From: a virus
Taxonomy: Duplodnaviria; Caudoviricetes
Virus record (IMG/VR): IMGVR_UViG_3300028914_000078
Coordinates: 3,752 to 67,751 of that record
Length of the DNA stretch: 64,000 bases
Reading direction: 5' to 3' (one strand)
A model generated the notes under the pieces. The model made no database searches, was not told the origin of the DNA, and was given only the letters and a program-made list of their open reading frames with translations. Shown here one piece after another: positions 19,999-28,130 of this stretch (position 1 is its first letter; each line of letters starts with the position of its first letter). The position numbers and the translations under genes were made by a program.

Positions 19999-21405
19999 AT
20001 GGCATACATTTATCCGCTTACAGACGAAACAGGAAAAGACCTTGCCGACGGCATCCATGCCGTAGCCGAGGCATTGGGTGGCCAGACGAAGCTCAGTTTC
20101 AAGAGACTTCAGCAAATCATCCGCGCTGGCCGCATCGACGAATATCTGGCCATAGGCGATGAGATCGAGGTCGAGAAGGAAACCGGACTCAGTATCAGCG
20201 TCCATACGACGGGATCTCTTTCCGCCACGATTACCGAGGCTACATGGAATCAGCATGTCGAACATCTTCACCATGGCGTCTATGAGTTCACATACGACGG
20301 CTATGAATGGTCAGAGCATGAGCTGGGTGAAGGACTGGATCTTTCATTCTACGGAATCAATGTGTCCGGCACTGCTGCAGAGGGCGATGTCATCGCCGTT
20401 ACGGTTGCCACGGCCACGCTCGTGTTCCAGTATGTCGCCAAGGACAAGGACGCACCCCGCAACCCGAACCTCACGCATTCAGCCACGTTCCAGATGAAGA
20501 ACTGCTACCGCAGTTTCCAGTTCGACGCATCGGAGGCACTGATATGCGCTCCGTTCCAACTTGTCGCGGGAACGACCTATCAGATTTATCTCTATCAGAA
20601 CTCAAGCGGCACATACTATCTGAACGCAAACCTTCAGAACAAGTATCTCAATTTCACTCCGTCGGTGAGCGTTCCTGCGGGTGGTCAGCTTGTCGTGACA
20701 ACCGGAGATATGAGAAACAGCACGAGCATCTCGGATTTGAAGCTGTCGTCCTATGCCAACAAAGGCGATACTACGGCCCTTGAAAGTAACATCGCATGTG
20801 TCGAGGGGACTTCCGGTGACGGCTCCACATCCATCGGATCCGCGAACACCACGGCGGACAAGGCCAAGGTCAATCATACGGACAGAACGCTGTACGGTTC
20901 GAACAACTGGCAGCAGAGCGCTCTCAGGCTGTGGCTCAACTCAGACAAGGCCGCGAATGCATGGTGGAGCCCACAGGGGCCGTTCGACAGACGTCCTAGC
21001 GGTTACGATATCCCCGGCTTCATGTACGGCATCGAGAAGGACTTCCTCGATGTCCTGCAGGAGGTTCAGACTCCGGCTGTGCAGAACTGGTTCGACGGCG
21101 GTCAGAAGGTCACGACCTACGACAAGTTCTTCGTCCCGTCCAACAGCCAGATATGGTTCACTTCAGCGGAAACAGAGGGCAAGCCGTGGGATTTCTATAC
21201 GATGTTCAGCGACAACGCGGAAGCTTCATATGGTGCGGATTCCAACCGTATCAAGAGGCTTAATGGAAATGCGACTTACTGGTGGACTCGCACTCCGCAC
21301 GGGTCTCTCGCTACCGGTGAGTACTCTGTTAGTCCTTCTGGATCTTATGGCACCGATTGTGCGTACTATTCCATCGGGGTGGCTCCCGCCTGCGTTATTG
21401 CGTAA
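19999..21405 (+). CDS. DGR target protein: receptor-binding tail protein with C-terminal C-type-lectin-like (DUF6273-like) variable domain
   Basis: 'YGSNNWQQSALRLWLN', 'YDKFFVPS', 'YWWTRTP', 'GVAPAC'; the VR occupies the last ~39 codons. Confidence 0.9.
   Translation: MAYIYPLTDETGKDLADGIHAVAEALGGQTKLSFKRLQQIIRAGRIDEYLAIGDEIEVEKETGLSISVHTTGSLSATITEATWNQHVEHLHHGVYEFTYDGYEWSEHELGEGLDLSFYGINVSGTAAEGDVIAVTVATATLVFQYVAKDKDAPRNPNLTHSATFQMKNCYRSFQFDASEALICAPFQLVAGTTYQIYLYQNSSGTYYLNANLQNKYLNFTPSVSVPAGGQLVVTTGDMRNSTSISDLKLSSYANKGDTTALESNIACVEGTSGDGSTSIGSANTTADKAKVNHTDRTLYGSNNWQQSALRLWLNSDKAANAWWSPQGPFDRRPSGYDIPGFMYGIEKDFLDVLQEVQTPAVQNWFDGGQKVTTYDKFFVPSNSQIWFTSAETEGKPWDFYTMFSDNAEASYGADSNRIKRLNGNATYWWTRTPHGSLATGEYSVSPSGSYGTDCAYYSIGVAPACVIA
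21288..21393 (+). repeat. DGR variable repeat (VR)
   Basis: Aligns ungapped to 21916-22021 over 106 nt; 23 mismatches, all opposite TR adenines. Confidence 0.97.
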
Positions 21406-21427
21406 GGAATCTAAAATCTTAATCAAT

Positions 21428-21445
21428 CGCCCCCGGCAGGGGGCG
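21428..21445 (+). promoter_or_regulatory. DGR target-recognition hairpin/cruciform after IMH
   Basis: CGCCCCC-GGCA-GGGGGCG, 7-bp GC stem with a GRNA-type loop, 22 nt after the target stop codon. Confidence 0.85.
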
Positions 21446-21492
21446 CTGCATCTTTGGCTGTCTTGGTCAAATCCGCATGGGAGGACGTGAAA

Positions 21493-21909
21493 ATGAGTGT
21501 ACCTGAGCTCAAGCGTGACATCGAAGAGCTTACTGTGATAACGAAAGGCAGGGCGTTCGTGGCAAGGACTATACGCATCTGCGGCAACGAGAAACACTTC
21601 GCCAAAAGGCTGAGATGGGATTTTACCCACAAGTTACCTTCATTGGCCGTGGATCTCTTTGTCTGTTGCAGGAAGGCGAACCGTGTCCGTGTCGAGTGTC
21701 AGAAAGACGCTCAGATGAGGTTGGGCTTCTGGAAGGAGGCGTTGAGCGATGCCGATGCGCTGATGGGTCTCATAGACCTTTGCACCGAACTGTCTTCAAT
21801 GCCACTCAATAAAGTTCAGACATGGAGTGCTGATCTTGATGAGGTTCAGAGGCTCATAGAGGCACGTATCAAATCCGACAGAAGGAGGTATGCGCCTTAT
21901 GAAGGGTGA
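21493..21909 (+). CDS. avd: DGR accessory variability determinant (four-helix bundle)
   Basis: GGGAGG RBS then 'MSVPELKR'; 'HFAKRLRW', 'KANRV', 'KSDRRRY'; sits between VR and TR. Confidence 0.88.
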   Translation: MSVPELKRDIEELTVITKGRAFVARTIRICGNEKHFAKRLRWDFTHKLPSLAVDLFVCCRKANRVRVECQKDAQMRLGFWKEALSDADALMGLIDLCTELSSMPLNKVQTWSADLDEVQRLIEARIKSDRRRYAPYEG

Positions 21910-23248
21910 TGTCTGTCGCACTCCGAACGGATCTAACGCTAACAATGAGTACAATGTTAATCCAACTGGATCTAATGACAACAATAATGCGAACAATTCC
22001 AACGGGGTGGCTCCCGACTACAAGAACAGCCTGATTCAAGTAAGCGGATATCTCCCGCCGAACGCCGTGCAACCTTGCAGGGAGACATCATCCTGTCCCG
22101 TCGTTGACGGGCGAAAAGCGGATGTCGATGTATCCGACCCATTATGGGACGTCGATGCTGTGAACGGCATTCCGTTCGACTATGCTGATTTGATCGAGGC
22201 TGTCAGGGAATGCAGATGCAACGTCCTTTGGAAAGATTCCGTGGCGGGTTTCAACAAGAACAGACTCGTCAATTGCGCAAAACTCATGTATGCGCTGCAT
22301 GACGGAACATACAGACTGTCCCCCTATTCCTGTTTTCATATCTATGAACCGAAACCACGGGATATTGTGGCAACGGCTTTCCGGGATCGTGTGGTACAAC
22401 GGGCCATGTGCGATACATACCTTTATCATGCCCTTACCAAGAGTTTCATTTATGATAACTGGGCCTGTCAGATAGGAAAAGGCACAACCAATTGCAGGAA
22501 AAGATTGAAATACCTTTTGCAACGCCACTGGCGCCAATACGGCAACAACGGCTGGGTATTGAACGTCGATATCAAGAACTATTTCGGCTCGACTCCGCAT
22601 TGGGTGGCAAAACAGACTGTTGCCGAGCGTGTTGATAATCCATGGGTACGCAATTATGTCTTCATGCTCATTGATTCTTTCCATGGGATTACGGGCGATC
22701 ACAGGGGAATCGGTCTGGGAAGTCAGATATCGCAGTTGATTCAGCTCGCGGTTTTGGACGAGCTCGACCACATCCTCAAGGAAAAGATGCACATGAAGGT
22801 CTATATCCGTTATATGGACGATATCAAGATCGTGAGCAACGACAGGCAGAAGCTCGTGGAATGTCTCAGGATCATCGAAGACTATCTTGCTGAAAGAGAC
22901 CTCTGTCTCTCGCCCAAGAAGACATATATCGCGCCGCTTTCCGACGGTATTAGATTCCTCGGTTTCAGATACAGGCTTACGGATACAGGTTTTGTCACCA
23001 TGAGTCTCGACAAGAAGAAACTCCCGAAGGAACGGCGGAAGATCAGACAGCAGATGCCACATCTTCCGAAACAGAAGATGGACTTCGCCTATCAGTCATG
23101 GAAGGCGAATGCAACACAGGGAACGACATGGGCCGCAGTCCGGCGCATGGATTCATATTACTACAGCAGGAGGAGAAGACATTATGCCCAAACTCAGGAA
23201 AGTCTCCAGAGAGGAGATAGAACAGGAAAAGAGGGTCAAGCTGCTTGA
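21899..23248 (+). CDS. DGR reverse transcriptase (true start uncertain, 21899 to ~22170)
   Basis: 'FRDRVVQ', 'QIGKGT', 'DIKNYF', 'GIGLGSQISQ' (DGR-type GxxxSQ), 'YIRYMDD', 'FLGF'. Confidence 0.95.
   Translation: MKGDVCRTPNGSNANNEYNVNPTGSNDNNNANNSNGVAPDYKNSLIQVSGYLPPNAVQPCRETSSCPVVDGRKADVDVSDPLWDVDAVNGIPFDYADLIEAVRECRCNVLWKDSVAGFNKNRLVNCAKLMYALHDGTYRLSPYSCFHIYEPKPRDIVATAFRDRVVQRAMCDTYLYHALTKSFIYDNWACQIGKGTTNCRKRLKYLLQRHWRQYGNNGWVLNVDIKNYFGSTPHWVAKQTVAERVDNPWVRNYVFMLIDSFHGITGDHRGIGLGSQISQLIQLAVLDELDHILKEKMHMKVYIRYMDDIKIVSNDRQKLVECLRIIEDYLAERDLCLSPKKTYIAPLSDGIRFLGFRYRLTDTGFVTMSLDKKKLPKERRKIRQQMPHLPKQKMDFAYQSWKANATQGTTWAAVRRMDSYYYSRRRRHYAQTQESLQRGDRTGKEGQAA
21916..22021 (+). ncRNA. DGR template repeat (TR)
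   Basis: 13 AAC/AAT codons in the VR reading frame; shares the invariant GGGGTGGCTCCCG with VR, then diverges (IMH* vs IMH). Confidence 0.97.
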
Positions 23249-23348
23249 GGCTGAGAATTACGAGCTCAAGGCCAAGCTGGACTATGTAGCCATGATGACC
23301 GACGTGGATATCCCCGTCGAGGAACAGGAGGGAGAGAATGACCTTTGA
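23184..23348 (+). CDS. Small coiled-coil tail-module protein (XkdW-position)
   Basis: AGGAGGAG RBS before ATG 23184; 'LKAKLDYVAMMTDVDI'; precedes an XkdX gene; overlaps the RT 3' end. Confidence 0.65.
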   Translation: MPKLRKVSREEIEQEKRVKLLEAENYELKAKLDYVAMMTDVDIPVEEQEGENDL

Positions 23349-23466
23349 GAAAATCAAGAAATACTACGACAGGGGTCTCTGGAACAAGACAATGGTCAGA
23401 AATGCCGTTGTTAAAGGAAAGATTACACCCGAGCAGTACGAGATGATCGTACACGAACCGTATTGA
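23338..23466 (+). CDS. XkdX-family protein (not in the ORF track)
   Basis: Hand translation MTFEKIKKYYDRGLWNKTMVRNAVVKGKITPEQYEMIVHEPY*. Confidence 0.85.
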   Translation: MTFEKIKKYYDRGLWNKTMVRNAVVKGKITPEQYEMIVHEPY

Positions 23467-23473
23467 GGAAACC

Positions 23474-23755
23474 ATGAAGCTGAGTAAAGACCACATCTTC
23501 CACTTCGTGGCATCCGCTTTCGGAATGATTGTTGGATATTACATCATGAACCTTTTCTCTTGTCCGTTCTGGCCGTGCATCGCGGGAGGCATCCTCTTCG
23601 GTCTCGGTCTCGGGCTTGGAAAAGAGTTCGGTGACATGATGAGTCCCGGAAACAAGTTTGACTTCACCGACCTATTGGCCGACCTTTTGGGGTTGGTTGC
23701 AGGAACGGGCATCGTCCTTGTCATCGGACTCATCTCTCGGCTCATACCGAACTGA
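23474..23755 (+). CDS. Small membrane protein (YfiM/VanZ-like)
   Basis: 'KDHIFHFVAS..', 'GLGKEFGD', 'DLLADLLG'; three hydrophobic segments. Confidence 0.55.
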   Translation: MKLSKDHIFHFVASAFGMIVGYYIMNLFSCPFWPCIAGGILFGLGLGLGKEFGDMMSPGNKFDFTDLLADLLGLVAGTGIVLVIGLISRLIPN

Positions 23756-23934
23756 AGCGGCATGACTCTGTGGAGCTTGCCTAGAGGGGAAGGTTGCGAC
23801 TGACCCCTCTTTTGTGACATAATATCATCCGAGAACAAACCTTAAATGGTTTAAGGGTGGAGGTTGCGACCTCTGCCCTTTATTTTTTCCTTCCACTATT
23901 TACAACGTCGGAACAAATACGCTAAAATGTAGGC

Positions 23935-24201
23935 ATGAAAGACACAGAGATAAGGATAAGAACCGACAATGAGTTCTTGGAGAAAGTGGACTATCTTCAA
24001 CATATCAATGACTACAAGAATAGGAGTGATACTGTGAGGAAGGTAGTGGAGAAAGAGTACAGAAAAGAGGTTTTCCCCTGTGGAACGTGCAAGTGCTATG
24101 AGGACAAGAAATGTATAATCCTCAATGCCGAGGTTGATCCGAGGGAGAGGGATAACAGATGCTCTTTAGGGAAGGAGAAGGAAGATGGACATAGGTTCTG
24201 A
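23935..24201 (+). CDS. Ribbon-helix-helix-like regulator with Cys-rich tail
   Basis: 'EIRIRTDNEFLEKVDYL....NRSDTVRKVVE'; upstream TTTACA-18-TAAAAT. Confidence 0.55.
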   Translation: MKDTEIRIRTDNEFLEKVDYLQHINDYKNRSDTVRKVVEKEYRKEVFPCGTCKCYEDKKCIILNAEVDPRERDNRCSLGKEKEDGHRF

Positions 24202-24640
24202 TAGAGGTTATCCAGCATCGTCATTGAGTAATTTTGCACCACATCCGTTTGTGATTGATGGTGTTGAATGTGCCTCAATGGAAGGCTTTCTACAATCTTT
24301 GAAGTTCAAGAGCCCTGAGATGCAGAGGGAGGTTTGCAAACTTGTTGGGATGAAAGCAAAGATGAAAGGCAAACACAAGACATGGTGGAAAACCCAAACT
24401 TTGTACTGGCAGGGCAAAGAGTATAAGAGGGATAGTGAAGAGTATCAAAGATTGTTGGACAGAGCATACGAGGCATTGGCTAGAAATGATGGATTCATCA
24501 GAGCATTAAAGGCTACTGGCAATGCGAGTCTTACTCATTCAATAGGCAAGAATGATATTAGTAGAACAGTTCTTACTCAACGAGAATTTTGTTCGAGACT
24601 TTTGTATTTGAGGGAGAAGCAAGATGGACTTACTGATTAA
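24185..24640 (+). CDS. NADAR-superfamily protein similar to T4 gp30.3
   Basis: 'SSLSNFAPHPFVIDG..SMEGFLQSLK', 'TLYWQG', 'GFIRALKAT...LTHSIG', 'TVLTQREF..L' match the gp30.3 pattern as I recall it. Confidence 0.75.
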   Translation: MDIGSDRGYPASSLSNFAPHPFVIDGVECASMEGFLQSLKFKSPEMQREVCKLVGMKAKMKGKHKTWWKTQTLYWQGKEYKRDSEEYQRLLDRAYEALARNDGFIRALKATGNASLTHSIGKNDISRTVLTQREFCSRLLYLREKQDGLTD

Positions 24641-25715
24641 AGGGATGCACTTACCCAAGCTGGGTTATGTGACCACCATCACCATTTTCCATGACGGCAC
24701 TGTTGCAGACAAGATGGGTAATGTCGAGACGGTAAAGGCCGTAGAGCTACCGTCTCACGGAGAACTCTGTGATAAAGACATACTTAAAGAAGCAACCAAA
24801 AATACAGAGATTCGCAACTCAAGGGGAGAGATTTATCCAATAGGAGAGGCAATCGCGAAGATGATTGATGAAGCTCCTACAGTCTTGGAGGCAACAGAAT
24901 GAGAAGAAAATATGACTATGCACCAATAAGGCTTACTGAATCCGAATATAAAACACTCAGAGGAATTGAAGAATCTGCAAAACTCACGAACTCAAATCTA
25001 GTTGTTTATTACCTTTATAAGTGGGATATCAATGTCATTTGTAGTTCAAGTGACGAAATTGGTTACAGCTATCAATACCGTAAATTGTTAAGATGGTGGT
25101 TTTATGTTTTGACATGGATTCCTGCTACATTATGTAGGTTTATAAACGCCTTGTTATATTTGGGCCTTTTCAATTTTGAACCATATCAGAGATTGTTTGT
25201 CACATATGAAATTAAGAATCGTGGTGAATCTTGTTATTCAGATGAATTAGAGACAAGAGAGTTTGAACGCATTGATGATTTTTGGGAGCAAAGAGAACAG
25301 GAGGCAAGCAAATGACAGAATGGAAACATGGATGTGAGTACTGGGAGAAAGAAGACGGACGTTACAAAGAAATTAATTGCCCTATGCAAGGGAACTGCCC
25401 TGCATATTACAAGGAATTAGGGAAGCAATGTCCAATGAACGCGCACCCGATTGATTATCGGCCCGAAGGATGCCCGCTGGAGGCAAGCAAATGAGTAGAG
25501 GAAGTGTAATAGACAGGGCAAGACTCAGAGGCAAGCCCCTTCTCGATATGTGCAAGGATAGACCCGACATCATCTGCCGCAACGAATATGGGGAGGATGA
25601 TCACCGCCAGTTCTGCCGTGGGTTCGTGGACAGAATGACGGACGACTACCTGCCCGAGTGCCGGAACTGCGGTGCATGGGTCTATAACGCGGAACCATTG
25701 GAGGCGAATGGCTGA
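24624..25715 (+). CDS. Four overlapping small hypothetical genes (24624-24902, 24899-25315, 25312-25494, 25491-25715)
   Basis: Chained ATGA overlaps, each with a GGAGG RBS; the last two are Cys-rich. Confidence 0.65.
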
Positions 25716-25802
25716 CTATATGGGGATTCGTCGGGGGCTGCCTGTTGGGAACGGGCCTGACCACCATGCTGATATGACTGGTCGTCAGGTAGTTAGTCAG
25801 TA

Positions 25803-25831
25803 TTGCACCCTTCGCGTTTTGAATATATACT
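25803..25831 (+). promoter_or_regulatory. Sigma70-type promoter for the Ig/lysis cassette
   Basis: TTGCAC-17 nt-TATACT. Confidence 0.55.
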
Positions 25832-25866
25832 GTAACCGCAGAAGATAACAGACAGGAGGCACATAT

Positions 25867-26565
25867 ATGGCTAGACGCCCTTACCCCGCACTCATACGTA
25901 TCGCTCGCAGGCTCGAGGCTATGTTCGGCGGTACAATCAGCAATGACCCACCTCTCATCAGGATCGCACAGGCACTTGAGGGAGGGCAGTATTCGGACGA
26001 GAGAATCGCAGCCCTTGAGACGCGTATTGGGGATCTTGAAACGCGTGTCGAAGCACTTGAAGGAAGTCAGGCTTCCATCACAGTCACAGTCAAGATTGAC
26101 GGGGTGGCCACAGCTGGGATCGACGTGACCGCCACCAAGGGGGAGACAGTCCTCACAGGAACAACAGGTGAAGACGGAACGTACAGGTTCCATGTCGGAG
26201 TCGGAGAGTGGACAATCGAGGGCGTCCTCAGTGGCACAGAATACTATGACATCACTGATGCAGAGGTGACAGTCGAAGCCGGTGATGCAGCTACGGCCAA
26301 CGTCACAGCCAAGGCAATCCTGCCTGATGCGCTCACCGTCAAGACACCTGCCACCAAGCTGGTTTACGATGCAGGTGATCCTGTCGACACCACAGGTCTT
26401 GTGCTGACAGTCACATACACAGACGGAAGCACGAAGGACATCTCAGAGGGATTCACAGCAACTCCCGCTGAAATCGCAGCAGACACCACATCAATCACAG
26501 TCAGCTACACTGAAGGAGATGTGACAGTCAACACGGGATATGACATCACCGTGAATGAAGGATAA
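25867..26565 (+). CDS. Ig-like domain virion protein (prealbumin-like + bacterial Ig-like domains)
   Basis: 'TGTTGEDGTYRF..GVGEWTI'; 'LTVKTPATKLVYDAGDPVDTTGLVLTVTYTDGS..ITVSYTEG'. Confidence 0.75.
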   Translation: MARRPYPALIRIARRLEAMFGGTISNDPPLIRIAQALEGGQYSDERIAALETRIGDLETRVEALEGSQASITVTVKIDGVATAGIDVTATKGETVLTGTTGEDGTYRFHVGVGEWTIEGVLSGTEYYDITDAEVTVEAGDAATANVTAKAILPDALTVKTPATKLVYDAGDPVDTTGLVLTVTYTDGSTKDISEGFTATPAEIAADTTSITVSYTEGDVTVNTGYDITVNEG

Positions 26566-26576
26566 AGGAGTACAGT

Positions 26577-26804
26577 ATGAGTTGGATCACTGAAAACTGG
26601 GCTTACATTTGCTCAGGTCTTTTCGGACTCGTCGTCTTGGCAACAATCATTGTCAAGTTCACACCGACTACAAAGGATGATTCTGTCATGCACAAGATCA
26701 TCTCGTTCATCGACCATTTCTCACTTGCCAAGACCGCTGATGACAAGGCCCTCATCGAGGTAGCCAAGCACATCGACGAGAGCAAGAAAGAGGAGGCAAA
26801 ATGA
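26577..26804 (+). CDS. Holin-like membrane protein
   Basis: 'MSWITENW..I...L...ATIIVKFTPTTKDD' pattern, 1-2 TM segments, before the spanins. Confidence 0.65.
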   Translation: MSWITENWAYICSGLFGLVVLATIIVKFTPTTKDDSVMHKIISFIDHFSLAKTADDKALIEVAKHIDESKKEEAK

Positions 26805-27097
26805 ACAACGGGGCTGTAATCAGTGTTCTGATAGGAGTCATAGGTGCGCTGCTTGGGGTCTTCGGCCTCAGCAGCGCCGCCCGTTCATCACAAGCGAAGA
26901 AAGCAGCTGAGAAGCGCGCTGATAACGCTGAGAAGATAGCCGTAGACCTCATAAGGAAAGAGGAGAGGACAGTTAAGGAGGTCTCTGATGCACACAAGGA
27001 GACAGAACAGATTGCAGAAGACAGGAAGAGCTCTGAGAGCCCTGCTCCCACTCCTGCTGGCAGTACTGCTGACAAACTTGACAGGTTGCGCAAGTAG
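26801..27097 (+). CDS. i-spanin (Rz-like)
   Basis: N-terminal TM followed by a charged coiled coil. Confidence 0.65.
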   Translation: MNNGAVISVLIGVIGALLGVFGLSSAARSSQAKKAAEKRADNAEKIAVDLIRKEERTVKEVSDAHKETEQIAEDRKSSESPAPTPAGSTADKLDRLRK

Positions 27098-27386
27098 TTC
27101 GCTCCCTGAGGAAGAGGGGAAGCCGGTAATCGACGGCACAGCTACACTTCTTCTGCTTCAGATGCCTGACATGCCCTCATCTCCGTCATTCCCATCGGGG
27201 CTCGATTGGGGTTATGACGAGGGGCGTAATCTATACACGCTTGACGATGCAGGTGTAGACGCTCTGCTTGCGTTCCGTGATGACCAGTATGGTTCAGCAG
27301 ACACAAGAGGCTTTCTTTATGATTTGGAGACATGGCGTCTGCAGTATGACGCGATTGTACGGAGAATAATCGAGCTAGGACTCTGA
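26988..27386 (+). CDS. o-spanin lipoprotein (Rz1-like)
   Basis: Overlaps the i-spanin in another frame; lipobox 'LTGC'; Pro-rich mature part; exact start uncertain. Confidence 0.65.
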   Translation: MHTRRQNRLQKTGRALRALLPLLLAVLLTNLTGCASSSLPEEEGKPVIDGTATLLLLQMPDMPSSPSFPSGLDWGYDEGRNLYTLDDAGVDALLAFRDDQYGSADTRGFLYDLETWRLQYDAIVRRIIELGL

Positions 27387-27445
27387 TTCGGGTTGTAATC
27401 CTAGAGCGGTTACGTTATACTGCTGATGTAGAGAGGTGACTTACT

Positions 27446-27841
27446 ATGCCCACATGGCTCACGATAGTTCTTACGATTCTTAGTTCATCCGTGACATTGG
27501 AACTGATACACTGGTTCGTGTCGAAGAAACGGAGACTGGATGAGAAGAACATCTTCATCGAGGCTCTTCCACAGAAGATCAGTGACCTTGACAAGAAGAT
27601 GGATACCGTACAGACGACAATCGAGAAGGACAGTAAGCACTTCGAAAAGATTGACTCCGCCTTATCCGAGGTGCAGAAAGCCCTCAACCTTAATGCAGAG
27701 GGAACTGCAATCGGACTTGAGAATGACCTTATAATCTTCAACGCCTTCCGAAATCACCACATAAACGGTGAGTCCGAGAAGGCGGAAAAAAAAGTAAAGG
27801 ATTACCTGATGGCTAGTGCAAAGGAGACTCTGAAGGTATGA
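27446..27841 (+). CDS. Membrane-anchored coiled-coil protein (holin/antiholin-like)
   Basis: N-terminal TM, coiled coil; own promoter TTGTAA(27393)-17-TATACT(27416). Confidence 0.55.
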   Translation: MPTWLTIVLTILSSSVTLELIHWFVSKKRRLDEKNIFIEALPQKISDLDKKMDTVQTTIEKDSKHFEKIDSALSEVQKALNLNAEGTAIGLENDLIIFNAFRNHHINGESEKAEKKVKDYLMASAKETLKV

Positions 27842-27864
27842 CTGTGGTCTGAAAATGTGACCCG

Positions 27865-27889
27865 ACGCCCTACGGGGCGTTTCTTTTTT
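27865..27889 (+). terminator. Rho-independent terminator ending the lysis cassette
   Basis: acgccc-tacg-gggcgt followed by ttctttttt. Confidence 0.75.
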
Positions 27890-27890
27890 G

Positions 27891-27919
27891 TTCCACTTCC
27901 CGTTCTCCGTGTTCTAATA
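27891..27919 (+). promoter_or_regulatory. Repeated non-sigma70 promoter-like motif, copy 1
   Basis: TTCCAC-14 nt-GTTCTAATA; same spacing at 34261 and 35946. Confidence 0.65.
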
Positions 27920-27941
27920 GTTATTGATTAACGGAGATCGA

Positions 27942-28130
27942 ATGGCAGACAAACTACTTAGTGTATTCATAGCCGGGTACCTGCTCGGATACATACTCGA
28001 CGGCATCTACGCGATCATGAACCCGCCGAGCGAGGCAAGCGAAAACGACAAGACATTCAATAAACTGGGATTGCTGCTCTACACAACCCTGTTCGTTCTG
28101 TTTATGCTTGTGCTTATGGGGGTTGTATGA
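27942..28130 (+). CDS. Small membrane protein
   Basis: Two hydrophobic segments; ATGA overlap with the helicase gene. Confidence 0.55.
   Translation: MADKLLSVFIAGYLLGYILDGIYAIMNPPSEASENDKTFNKLGLLLYTTLFVLFMLVLMGVV

Noticed and set aside
21890-23248. RT as a group II intron, retron or Abi-type RT
   Set aside because: It has the GxxxSQ motif, no maturase/endonuclease extension, and sits with avd and an A-specific TR/VR pair, which defines a DGR.
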